From an uncultured Candidatus Saccharibacteria bacterium (GTDB lineage Bacteria; Patescibacteriota; Saccharimonadia; Saccharimonadales; JAGQNJ01), in assembly GCA_964577565.1 (NCBI GenBank), contig CAZNZL010000002.1, positions 10,054 through 74,053 on the forward strand: DNA of 64,000 nt, given 5' to 3'. The first letter of the stretch is position 1, and each line of letters starts with the position of its first letter. The notes under the pieces were generated by a model, which ran no database searches, was not told the origin of the DNA, and worked only from the letters and a program-made list of their open reading frames with translations. Positions 13,498 through 22,200 of this stretch are shown piece after piece. The position numbers and the translations under genes are program-made.

Positions 13498-15969
13498 CTA
13501 CCCCAGTTGCGGCGGTGATGCAAGCTTTTCTTTCTTTTCAATACTTATACTAAACCTATACTTGGCCAGCGGAATTGTCACCACCCGTAAATGGTGCCAG
13601 TAAGTGTAGGTACTAGCTAAGAATGGGTCAGCTTCTTGCAAAGGTTTTTTGTGTTTGCGGTAATCAACGTAGGTATAGATAGTGCCGAGTATGATCAGGA
13701 AGCCAGCTGCCACTGCTAACCCTGTTAAGAAGCCGGTATTGGCTAGCACGCCGGTTTGTTCACTAGCCAAACCTACCGGGTCTACAATAATACCGTTTTC
13801 TTCACCGTCGTCGTCTAGGTCGCCACCGTCAGTAAGGCTATAGGTGAGCTTAAGCGCCGTGGAAGCCCCCAAGACTTGACTGGTGAGCGTAGAACCCGGT
13901 ATATCCGAGAACGTATTGGTATGGGCATTAAACTTGCGTGGAATGTAGCGCTGTGGTTCATCTTGGGTATGTACGTACATAGTAACGTTCACGGTATCAC
14001 CCCGTGAGCAGTAAAGGGTGAAGTCGGTTAAACCATAGGGGTACTCGTAACCATTATCTTTAACCTGCAAAGAATTAGCAGCCAGCGATGAAACGGTACC
14101 ATTTTCTGAACAACCTTCAGTCAGGAGGGTTGCGTAGACGGCTGCGCCGTTAACTGTAGCCGTAACGTAGGATGTTACAGTTGGTTGGTTTTTGTCGGGT
14201 ATACCGTCGTTGTTACCATCGCCGTTGTTGGGTGCGGCATCTTCAATAGCGTCTGGTACACCGTCGGCATCAAAGTCGTCGGCTGAACCAACACTGATGT
14301 TTTGGGCAAATTCGCTTGTCGAGCCAAAACCAGAAGGAGTGTCGCCATCAATTGCAGTGGTCGTAGCAGAGAGAGCTTTACCGGTGAAATCACCATTAAC
14401 GGTTAGGGTAGCAGTTTTATTAGTACCAGGCTCAACGCTCGTAGCGGCACCAAGATAGGTCTCGCCCGGACCATAGCCAAAGATAGAGCGTTCATTATTG
14501 GCAAAAAACTCAATTCTATATGTATCGCTAGGCGAATCAGCCGCATCAAGGTCATAGGTGATGGTTAACTGATTGCCAACTTGTTGGGCAGTTTTGAGGA
14601 CGGGGTAATTGATAAAGCCGTTGGGACCATCATCGGTATCGCCGGAGTCATTAGGATTGGGGCCGCGGTTTTCGAAACCGTCTGGCAAGAAATCGCCATT
14701 GCTATCAGTATACATCGCGTGATCTATGCCTAGGTTGGAGTTGCCAATGCCAAGTAAGTTAAATGGTGAGATGCTATGAATAGCATTTCCGAGCACAGCT
14801 ATGTTGGATGATAACGCAGCGATTTCAATTCCAGACCCCTTAACGCCAGCGATGAGGTTACCTTCACCTTCTCCTGTGCCGCCGACTAAACTTGATGGGC
14901 TAATTACAGAGACTATCCCCATGCCGTTAGTTATAGTAGAACGAACTTTGCCAGTATAGTCAGTGCCTATATAATTACCCTGAATGACAGCTGAGTTACC
15001 AGAGATAGATACATTTGCGGTGCCACCAGAAATGAGATTTCTCATACCGGCTTGCGGGCCCCCAACAATCACTTCATTGCTAATAATTTGTATGCCGAAG
15101 CTAAATGGAGCTGTCAAACCATTAGCATCTGCTGCATCTGGTGTTAGATCAGTAACGCCATCTTTGGCGACACCAATATAGTTTCCATAAATAGTAACCC
15201 CGTTGCCTGGCCATATTGCAGCACTTATATGGTTTTGTGAGAAACTGTATACAATATTGCGGTCACTCGGGTCTGTTCCTCCGACAGCACTGTTTTCGCC
15301 AATGGCTAATACCCCGAAGTCATTCCTGCTACTACCCGGTGTTTTGCCATCTGATCGTACTCCTAGGTAGTTTCCGCTTGACTTGGTGTTGCTGCCTACG
15401 AGGACTAGATTGCCGTTAGAGGGATTGCCGTTCGTCAACGTACTGAAGTTATATATTGATAACCCCTTAACTATACTCTCGGAAGCCATTATCGCTATCC
15501 CGCTAGCCTGCTGGGGAGTATCTGGATTGGCAAGCTCAGAGCCGTCAATCTCTATCTTCACTACGCTATTAATTGGTTCGGGACTAGGAGCGGTATTAGC
15601 AGCTGCCCCCGGCTGACTGTAACCGTCTATGGTAACTTTCTCTTCAATAGCTGGAAGGAATGTTTGTGGTTTTATGATATGTGGTCCGTCGCCGGGAATA
15701 TCAAATTCTATGACATCCATGTCAGATCCGTTGCCGTTACTGTTGGCATCGGTAATGGCCTGGCGTAAACTGCCTTCGCCTAAATCATTCGTATTAGTAA
15801 CCGTAAAGGTTTCGGGAGCAGCGTAAAGCGGCTTACTCAAATATAATGCAGTACCCATAGTAAGCAATACGGCTAGAAGCCATAAAAAAACTAGTGAGGA
15901 TGAGTATTTTAGACGTTGTTGTGCTATCATGCAGTCCTGCTTTAAACTTCTTACGTATAAGTATACCAT
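13498..15969 (-). CDS. Large surface protein paralog 2 (823 aa; the true start is probably MIAQQ at about 15930)
   Basis: Same architecture. The 3' ~1.1 kb is about 90-100% identical at the DNA level to paralog 3. Its stop codon lies 2 nt from the start of paralog 1. Confidence 0.85.
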   Translation of the reverse strand: MVYLYVRSLKQDCMIAQQRLKYSSSLVFLWLLAVLLTMGTALYLSKPLYAAPETFTVTNTNDLGEGSLRQAITDANSNGNGSDMDVIEFDIPGDGPHIIKPQTFLPAIEEKVTIDGYSQPGAAANTAPSPEPINSVVKIEIDGSELANPDTPQQASGIAIMASESIVKGLSIYNFSTLTNGNPSNGNLVLVGSNTKSSGNYLGVRSDGKTPGSSRNDFGVLAIGENSAVGGTDPSDRNIVYSFSQNHISAAIWPGNGVTIYGNYIGVAKDGVTDLTPDAADANGLTAPFSFGIQIISNEVIVGGPQAGMRNLISGGTANVSISGNSAVIQGNYIGTDYTGKVRSTITNGMGIVSVISPSSLVGGTGEGEGNLIAGVKGSGIEIAALSSNIAVLGNAIHSISPFNLLGIGNSNLGIDHAMYTDSNGDFLPDGFENRGPNPNDSGDTDDGPNGFINYPVLKTAQQVGNQLTITYDLDAADSPSDTYRIEFFANNERSIFGYGPGETYLGAATSVEPGTNKTATLTVNGDFTGKALSATTTAIDGDTPSGFGSTSEFAQNISVGSADDFDADGVPDAIEDAAPNNGDGNNDGIPDKNQPTVTSYVTATVNGAAVYATLLTEGCSENGTVSSLAANSLQVKDNGYEYPYGLTDFTLYCSRGDTVNVTMYVHTQDEPQRYIPRKFNAHTNTFSDIPGSTLTSQVLGASTALKLTYSLTDGGDLDDDGEENGIIVDPVGLASEQTGVLANTGFLTGLAVAAGFLIILGTIYTYVDYRKHKKPLQEADPFLASTYTYWHHLRVVTIPLAKYRFSISIEKKEKLASPPQLG

Positions 15970-16100
15970 AGCTATAAATCCATTTTATATGTTGACACTA
16001 TCATGGCAGCTGTTTACGTATGTTGTTTAGCGTTTATGATTCAGTTAACCAAAACCCCACTAACCACCACTCTGTCTTTATATTGATTAGTGCCGGTATA

Positions 16101-16167
16101 GCTATAAACAAAAACGTAGATCTATCTAAACCTAATGTAGAAAGACGTTTTTTTCATATCCACCCAT
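16101..16167 (-). pseudogene. Relic of the 5' end of a lost array member
   Basis: 16101-16169 aligns with 13425-13497, the start region of paralog 1 (gctataaaca.aaacgtaga...tttttt...cat.c..cccat.cctacccc). It reads MGGYEKNVFLH-stop versus MGMYGAKNYLD. Confidence 0.55.
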
Positions 16168-16169
16168 AC

Positions 16170-18611
16170 CTACCCCAGTTGCGGCGGTGATGCAAGCTTT
16201 TCTTTCTTTTCTATGCTTATACTAAACCGGTACTTTGCCAACGGAACTGTCACCACCCGTAAATGGTGCCAGTAAGTGTAGTTACTAGCTAAGAATGGGT
16301 CAGCTTCTTGTAAGGGTTTTTTGTGTTTGCGGTAATCGGTATAGGTATATATGACGCCAACTAAAAGCAGAAAACCAACCGCAACTGCTAAACCGGTCAT
16401 GAAACCCGTGTTAGCGAGCACCCCAGAGCTTTCGCTGGCCAAGCCAACGGGGTCAACAATCACGCCATTTTCGGTAGCGTCATCATCAAGGTCACCTCCA
16501 TCAGTAACGCTATAGGTTAGCTTCAACGCGGTTGAAGCACCAAGCACTTGGCTCGTTAGATTTGAGCCAGGAATGTCGGTAAAGGTATTGGTACCAAGGT
16601 TAAACTTACGAGGAATAAAGCGCCGTGGTTCATCTTGGGTATGTACGTACATAGTAACGTTCACGGTATCACCCCGTGAGCAGTAAAGGGTGAAGTCGGT
16701 TAAACCATAGGGGTACTCGTAGCCGTTATCTTTAACTTGCAATGAATTAGCAGCCAGCGACGAAACAGTGCCGTTTTCAGAACAGCCCTCAGTCAAGAAC
16801 GTAGCATAGACGGCCGAACCATTAACCGCGGCTGTAACGTAAGATGTTACGGTTGGTTGGACTTTGTCTGGGATGCCGTCATTGTTGCCGTCGCCATTGT
16901 TAGGTGCGGCATCCTCAACTTCATCAGGCACGCCGTCAGCGTCAAAGTCCTCAACAGAACCAATACTGATATTCTGAGCAAATTCGCTGGTTGAGCCAAA
17001 ACCGCTGTCTGTTGTGTTGTCAATTGCGGTAGTGGTGGCAGACAGGGCTTTATTTGAAAGGTCGCTGCCCACCGTTAGCGTAACGGTCTTATCGGTACCG
17101 GGCGCAACGCTATCAGCTGCACCCAGATATATTTCACCAGGACCATTACCAAAAATTGTCCTACTGTTACTTGCAAAGAACTCTACCCGATACGTATCAC
17201 TCGGCGAATCTGCGGCATCAAGATCATACGTTATGGTTAGCTGGTTGCCAACTTGCTGGGCGGTTTTAAGAACGGGTGTGTTAATAAAGCCATTAGGGCC
17301 AGTGTCAGTATCGCCTTCGTCGTTTTGGGTAGGACCAGCCGACTCAATAGTATTGGGCACGCTATCTGGCGGGTTGTCACTATCATCGGTTTTTAATAAA
17401 TCGATTCCAAGATTGACCTCACCCAAATCGAGATAGCCATACACGGCAACATCTCTAATAGAGTTTCTAAGCATTGTATTTTTTGTAATTGGCGCGGTAA
17501 TGTCTAGGGCGGATAGACTATTTTCTATAACACTAATACCAAAGCCCCCGATTCCAGCAATGGTGTTACCCTCGTTGTCGCTTGTTCCACCAATAAGGTT
17601 ATTTGAAGCTCCCAGCAACATGGTTACACCTCCGCCTTTTGAAAAATTGTCGTGAGCGTTACCTTGGTAATCGGATGCAATGAAATTACCCTGAACTATA
17701 TTATTGTTTTCAAAAATTACAATATTTACAGCTTTAGCATTTGCAATAACATTGGCTTCTCCGGTATCAGGACCACCAATGACATTATTGGTACTTCGGC
17801 TCTGGCCAGGGCTTCCAACAGAAATAGTAGTATCATAATTACCTATCTTTGTAACACCATCTGGTGCAACACCTATAAAGTTACCCTTCACGAAACTATC
17901 AGTACAAGCAAGCATAACAGCCGAACGCCCCGTTGTTTGTTCGCCGGCAATTACGTTTCTGTCCCGAGGATCGGTGCCTCCAATTTGTGCACCCGAAGCA
18001 GTATTTTGGCAGTTTATACCACTGTCAGTACCCTCTAGAGGCTGAAATGTACCTTGAGCATCAATCTGCAAGTAATTACCACTTATCTTTACATCATTGG
18101 CCCCTATAAAAATCTGAGCAAATTTTGCCCCCCTAATAGATAGACCCGAGATTACGCTTTCATCAGCAGAAATCTCCAGTGCGCTTTCTTCAGATGTGGT
18201 CGCGACAATTTCAATACGTATTGTTCCGTTTAAGGGGCTAGGCGCAATTGCAGTATTGGCAGCGGCACCTGTCTGAGAATAGCCATCTATAGTAACCTTT
18301 TCTGTAATGGCGGGGAGCCCTGACTCGAGCGATATGGTGTGTACGCCGTCGCCAGGAATATCAAATTCTATGACATCCATGTCATCCGGGTTATTATTAT
18401 CGTTCGCGGCAAGAATTGCAGCCCGCAATGATCCATCACCTGAGTCATTCGTGTTAGTAACCGTAAAGGTTTCGGGAGCAGCTAAAGCGGTATCGCGGGT
18501 TAGTAGCAAAAAACTAAAAGTTATTAAAAGTACCACATAAAACCACGTCAAAATAGATGGCGTAAGGTGAGCTGCTTGTGATCTTTTTTTCATATCCCTA
18601 AATTTAAGCAT
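16170..18611 (-). CDS. Large surface protein paralog 3 (813 aa)
   Basis: Same architecture: GDGSLRAAILAANDN, IDGYSQTGAAANTA, TSP3-like repeat, LANTG + TM + YRKHKK + tail. Confidence 0.85.
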   Translation of the reverse strand: MLKFRDMKKRSQAAHLTPSILTWFYVVLLITFSFLLLTRDTALAAPETFTVTNTNDSGDGSLRAAILAANDNNNPDDMDVIEFDIPGDGVHTISLESGLPAITEKVTIDGYSQTGAAANTAIAPSPLNGTIRIEIVATTSEESALEISADESVISGLSIRGAKFAQIFIGANDVKISGNYLQIDAQGTFQPLEGTDSGINCQNTASGAQIGGTDPRDRNVIAGEQTTGRSAVMLACTDSFVKGNFIGVAPDGVTKIGNYDTTISVGSPGQSRSTNNVIGGPDTGEANVIANAKAVNIVIFENNNIVQGNFIASDYQGNAHDNFSKGGGVTMLLGASNNLIGGTSDNEGNTIAGIGGFGISVIENSLSALDITAPITKNTMLRNSIRDVAVYGYLDLGEVNLGIDLLKTDDSDNPPDSVPNTIESAGPTQNDEGDTDTGPNGFINTPVLKTAQQVGNQLTITYDLDAADSPSDTYRVEFFASNSRTIFGNGPGEIYLGAADSVAPGTDKTVTLTVGSDLSNKALSATTTAIDNTTDSGFGSTSEFAQNISIGSVEDFDADGVPDEVEDAAPNNGDGNNDGIPDKVQPTVTSYVTAAVNGSAVYATFLTEGCSENGTVSSLAANSLQVKDNGYEYPYGLTDFTLYCSRGDTVNVTMYVHTQDEPRRFIPRKFNLGTNTFTDIPGSNLTSQVLGASTALKLTYSVTDGGDLDDDATENGVIVDPVGLASESSGVLANTGFMTGLAVAVGFLLLVGVIYTYTDYRKHKKPLQEADPFLASNYTYWHHLRVVTVPLAKYRFSISIEKKEKLASPPQLG

Positions 18612-18757
18612 CTTGTATGTAAGTATAGCATAAGAGGTTAGCCTGCAGCCCTATATTACAAAAAGCCAGATATATTTTACATCTAAAATTAAAAAATAAG
18701 GACTTACTGAGCCTGGTAATTATTCTTGTATTTACACCCCACCATACCCATACTCCA

Positions 18758-19981
18758 CTATATTGCCTTGCCCAGAAGCAACTGTAGCTCATCGGTACTT
18801 TTAGCGTTCATGAGCTGTTCACGCAGTTCTTTGGCACTGTCAAAACCCTGGATATAGGTTTTACAAAATTTATTTAGAGTTGGCACGCGACGCTCATTGT
18901 TAGTCCACGTTTCTGCAAATAGTTCGACATGTTTTTTATATAACGCAATCTTTTTGCTTTTTGAAATAGCCGGCCAGGGCGAATCTTTGGCAAACACAAA
19001 CGGATCATGAAAAACGCCGCGGCCAATCATCACTCCATCAAGACCATACTGTTTTGCCACTTCTTCACCTTGTTGCCGTGATAAAACATCGCCGTTTCCA
19101 ACTAACAACGTAGTGGGGGATATGCGGTCGCGCAGCGCCTTAATCTCACGCATCAGCTCCCAATGAGCTGGCACTTTAGACATTTCTTTAGTTGTTCTCA
19201 GATGAATAGTTAACATGTTAAGTTTTTTTGTTAACAAAAACTCAATCCACGATAGATCAATTGTTGTAAACCCTACACGCGTTTTAACCGAGACAGGGAA
19301 GTGTTCCCCCGCTGCCTCCTGACAGGCTTGGATTATCTCCCCCGCGAGTTCCCTATTGTTTATCAACGCACTGCAACAACCGTTTTTAACCACGGTCTTG
19401 TCAGGACACCCCATGTTTATATCTACCCCTGCAAAGTTATGGATCGTGCCCAGCTGCCCAACAGCCAAGTTGTTGGCGCTGTCGCCACTTATGGCACTGT
19501 GCTCTGTTGCAAATTGTGCTGTTCCTTCATCGTATGACCTATACGAATCAGTCTGCTGATCACTTGCGCCTTGCACAGCACTCATATCCATATTTTGCAA
19601 GTTACTTTCTTTACTTGCTTCTATTGCCAGCGTACCGTCGGCTAGTTCTTTGACGGTTTTGTAGTAATTTTCGGGGTTTTTGCCCCAAATCTGTGCAATT
19701 ACTGGCACGGGCTTACGCACCGTTTTGCCCTGAAAATTGACCAAATCAACATTGTGGTCAAAACGGTGCGTAAGCCGTGCAGCACCTTCAAATGAGCCTA
19801 GTCTTAACTTAGGTAGGAGTTTTTCCCTGCCCGGGCTTTGCAAACCGTCTACGTTAACAAACTCGGTAAAGAACAGATCGGGTGGCGCAGTTTCTGCCAC
19901 GATTTGCCGAAAAACAGTATCGGTTACATCGTCCATCGGCGCCAGCACAAAGAACGGACTAGGCAGCCTTTTGATGTTCAC
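18758..19981 (-). CDS. dus: tRNA-dihydrouridine synthase
   Basis: LAPMDDVTDTVFRQ, GVDINMGCP, and HLRT...NGDV motifs of the Dus TIM barrel. There is a ~60-aa low-complexity insertion. Confidence 0.85.
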   Translation of the reverse strand: MNIKRLPSPFFVLAPMDDVTDTVFRQIVAETAPPDLFFTEFVNVDGLQSPGREKLLPKLRLGSFEGAARLTHRFDHNVDLVNFQGKTVRKPVPVIAQIWGKNPENYYKTVKELADGTLAIEASKESNLQNMDMSAVQGASDQQTDSYRSYDEGTAQFATEHSAISGDSANNLAVGQLGTIHNFAGVDINMGCPDKTVVKNGCCSALINNRELAGEIIQACQEAAGEHFPVSVKTRVGFTTIDLSWIEFLLTKKLNMLTIHLRTTKEMSKVPAHWELMREIKALRDRISPTTLLVGNGDVLSRQQGEEVAKQYGLDGVMIGRGVFHDPFVFAKDSPWPAISKSKKIALYKKHVELFAETWTNNERRVPTLNKFCKTYIQGFDSAKELREQLMNAKSTDELQLLLGKAI

Positions 19982-21248
19982 CTACGATTTCCTCTGCTAC
20001 CTCAACAAGTGACGCAAATACACGGCTAATACCCTGTAATGCGCGAACTTCTTTAAGCCGTGTTAAGAAAAATTCAGCGCGGCGTTCTTCATTAGTAAGC
20101 GCGTCCATAACCAACGTTCGTACGTCGCGTATCGTTGTATTGGATGCAAAATGGGCAATTTCTTGTGCTACCTCTTCTGATTGATTAGGTGTTGTGTACT
20201 TACTGTGAAGACTCTTGTGTTTGCCCTCGCCCTCTTTAGCCCACCTATCCTCCACCGTTCGCATAGGGTCGGTCGCCGGTGCACTAACTTCAGGATTTTT
20301 TGATTCATACAGTTTTTTAAGTGCTTCATAACGACGTAAGGCCGCATATGCCGGGTGTGCATTGCCAAACACAACTTCTAAACGCAATTGTGGATTTAGT
20401 ACTCCTGCCAGCTCTGCCTGGAATGCGGCTAGTATCTCATGCGAGCGTGTCGCGTCGCTAGCAAAATCGCCCATTTCATAGATAACACTCTCTACCGCAC
20501 GTTTACCCTCTGAAGCTCCGGCAGTACGAACTGTATCACCTTTCCTAATAAAACCCTGCGAGTGCCTGAATACCTCTATGAGCTGCTGAGCAGTACCTAC
20601 AGGTTTGCCCACATAATCGAGTAATGTTAAAGTCATGGTTTTTTCACGATTTGTGGCAGGCAAAAAGCCTGCGCGCTCATCATTTCTGATTGCTTCTAGT
20701 TTTTCATGGTTATTTAGTTTTTGTTCTGCAAGCAGCGGTTGTTCAGGCGTTGGCGCCTCTGCTACTTCAATGAGTTGCTGAGATGATGCATCCAGGCTTT
20801 CAGCTAAGCTTCTTCGGAACGCTTGCGCCTTTTTGTAGTTAACCGAACCATAAAATTCAGCAACAAACGCTGCATATAACCCTCTTGTTAGCGCTTTCGT
20901 TTCATCTGTGTCGTAACCCGCCTCAAGCATGCTGTTAAGTCCGGAGGCATGTGCAAAAGCATACTTTGCCTCTCTATCAAGTCTATGAATTTTGTCTTGT
21001 GCTTGAGCACGTACCTGGCTCGCTCGTTCGCCATAGCTCTCGTCTGCTGGTGTGTCAAACGACACAAAACCTTCAAGCATACTTTTTTGAGCAAGTATTG
21101 TTATAACATTTTGTAGGTGAATACTTCTCTCGGCTAAGTGCACGCTTGGATGTTGCGTGTCATGAGTAAAATCAACCGGCGTTATTTGGCCGGTTTGCTC
21201 TGCTACAAGAAAAAGCGCCTCTTGCTGGCCCGGTGATTTGGGGGGCAT
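19959..21248 (-). CDS. Hypothetical protein (429 aa)
   Basis: Long ORF, overlapping the dus start by 23 nt and the upstream ORF by 1 nt. No recognisable motif. Confidence 0.6.
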   Translation of the reverse strand: MPPKSPGQQEALFLVAEQTGQITPVDFTHDTQHPSVHLAERSIHLQNVITILAQKSMLEGFVSFDTPADESYGERASQVRAQAQDKIHRLDREAKYAFAHASGLNSMLEAGYDTDETKALTRGLYAAFVAEFYGSVNYKKAQAFRRSLAESLDASSQQLIEVAEAPTPEQPLLAEQKLNNHEKLEAIRNDERAGFLPATNREKTMTLTLLDYVGKPVGTAQQLIEVFRHSQGFIRKGDTVRTAGASEGKRAVESVIYEMGDFASDATRSHEILAAFQAELAGVLNPQLRLEVVFGNAHPAYAALRRYEALKKLYESKNPEVSAPATDPMRTVEDRWAKEGEGKHKSLHSKYTTPNQSEEVAQEIAHFASNTTIRDVRTLVMDALTNEERRAEFFLTRLKEVRALQGISRVFASLVEVAEEIVGEHQKAA

Positions 21249-21643
21249 TACTTCTCCTCCGGGTGCAACATCTTTCGCGCAGCATTAATACCTCTTTTGG
21301 CTGCTTCTACACGCTCTGTATCTGGATCAAACCGAACTTTTGGCTGGTTGTTTGCTCCTTGGCGTGGCATTTCACGCAAGGGGTGAGGTTGCATTGAAGG
21401 GTGGGTGCCGCGACGCCGCGCCGCTGTTCGTTCTGCATCTGTTCCTGCAACTTCTTCTATGCCAATAACTGTTTGGGGGCCATGTCCTTGATCGCGTGCA
21501 GCTTCTGAGGTTCTATCTGGATACTCATGCTTGCCTGCATGCTTACCAATATGTTCTGCAACCACCGAAGCATCAAATTCAGGCGCTGGTTGGTCAGCCT
21601 TAAACAATTGACCTTGTTCATTATCTTTAGGAGTTTCGCTCAT
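21248..21643 (-). CDS. Hypothetical protein (131 aa), charged and likely disordered
   Basis: ORF contiguous with the 429-aa gene. Low-complexity composition. Confidence 0.5.
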   Translation of the reverse strand: MSETPKDNEQGQLFKADQPAPEFDASVVAEHIGKHAGKHEYPDRTSEAARDQGHGPQTVIGIEEVAGTDAERTAARRRGTHPSMQPHPLREMPRQGANNQPKVRFDPDTERVEAAKRGINAARKMLHPEEK

Positions 21644-21668
21644 ATTAGTATTATATCACACTTATGCT

Positions 21669-22187
21669 TTATGTGCAAGGCTGTCTTTTGTCAATTTTCA
21701 GTGAATCATATTTCTGCTTACGTTCTTTTTTGGGCATGGATAAAGCCCATTCCCATGCCAATTTGTATTCCTTGCTATAAGTACTTTCTTCTTGAACATT
21801 AGCATCAGCTATTTTTTTACCATATAGGTCGACCAATATATCATATAAGATCAAAAATATTATCTTGTGGACTTCTGTTAGTTGTTGGCCTTTTGGGTAG
21901 TCAAAATTCATTCTGCCTTTTCTAGAAATTCTATGGCAAAGCTCATGTACTAAAGCACATTTCTTGGTTTCTAGAGGGTAACTAGCTCTGATTTGTCATG
22001 GGTGTGAAAAACTTTTGCCTTCAAACACTATCGCGTTTATTATGTTTTCATCAAATTTAAACCCACTCGCGCTTTCAATTGTGGCCGTTATTTTTGCTCC
22101 CTCTTGTTTCCAAATTTCTGCATATTCACTCGCTGCATCTTCAAGCGCCCGATCATCATGTTCAGGATAAAAATTAATCTTCAACAT
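21669..22187 (-). pseudogene. HExxH-motif protein (putative metallopeptidase-like) interrupted by one in-frame TGA
   Basis: Track ORFs 21996-22229 and 21669-21911 are in the same frame. Hand translation across the junction gives ...GKSFSHP-TGA-QIRASYPLETKKCALVHELCHRISRKGRMNFDYP... with the TGA at 21996-21998. Confidence 0.6.
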
Positions 22188-22200
22188 GCCGTAATTATCT

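Noticed and set aside
11736-17436. Antisense ORFs inside the surface-protein genes (11736-12002, 14192-14458, 17014-17436) that are conserved between paralogs (MSGVPSLLPSPLLGAASSIAS...).
   Set aside because: Their conservation simply mirrors the DNA identity of the duplicated sense genes. The translations are low-complexity and lack start-site context.
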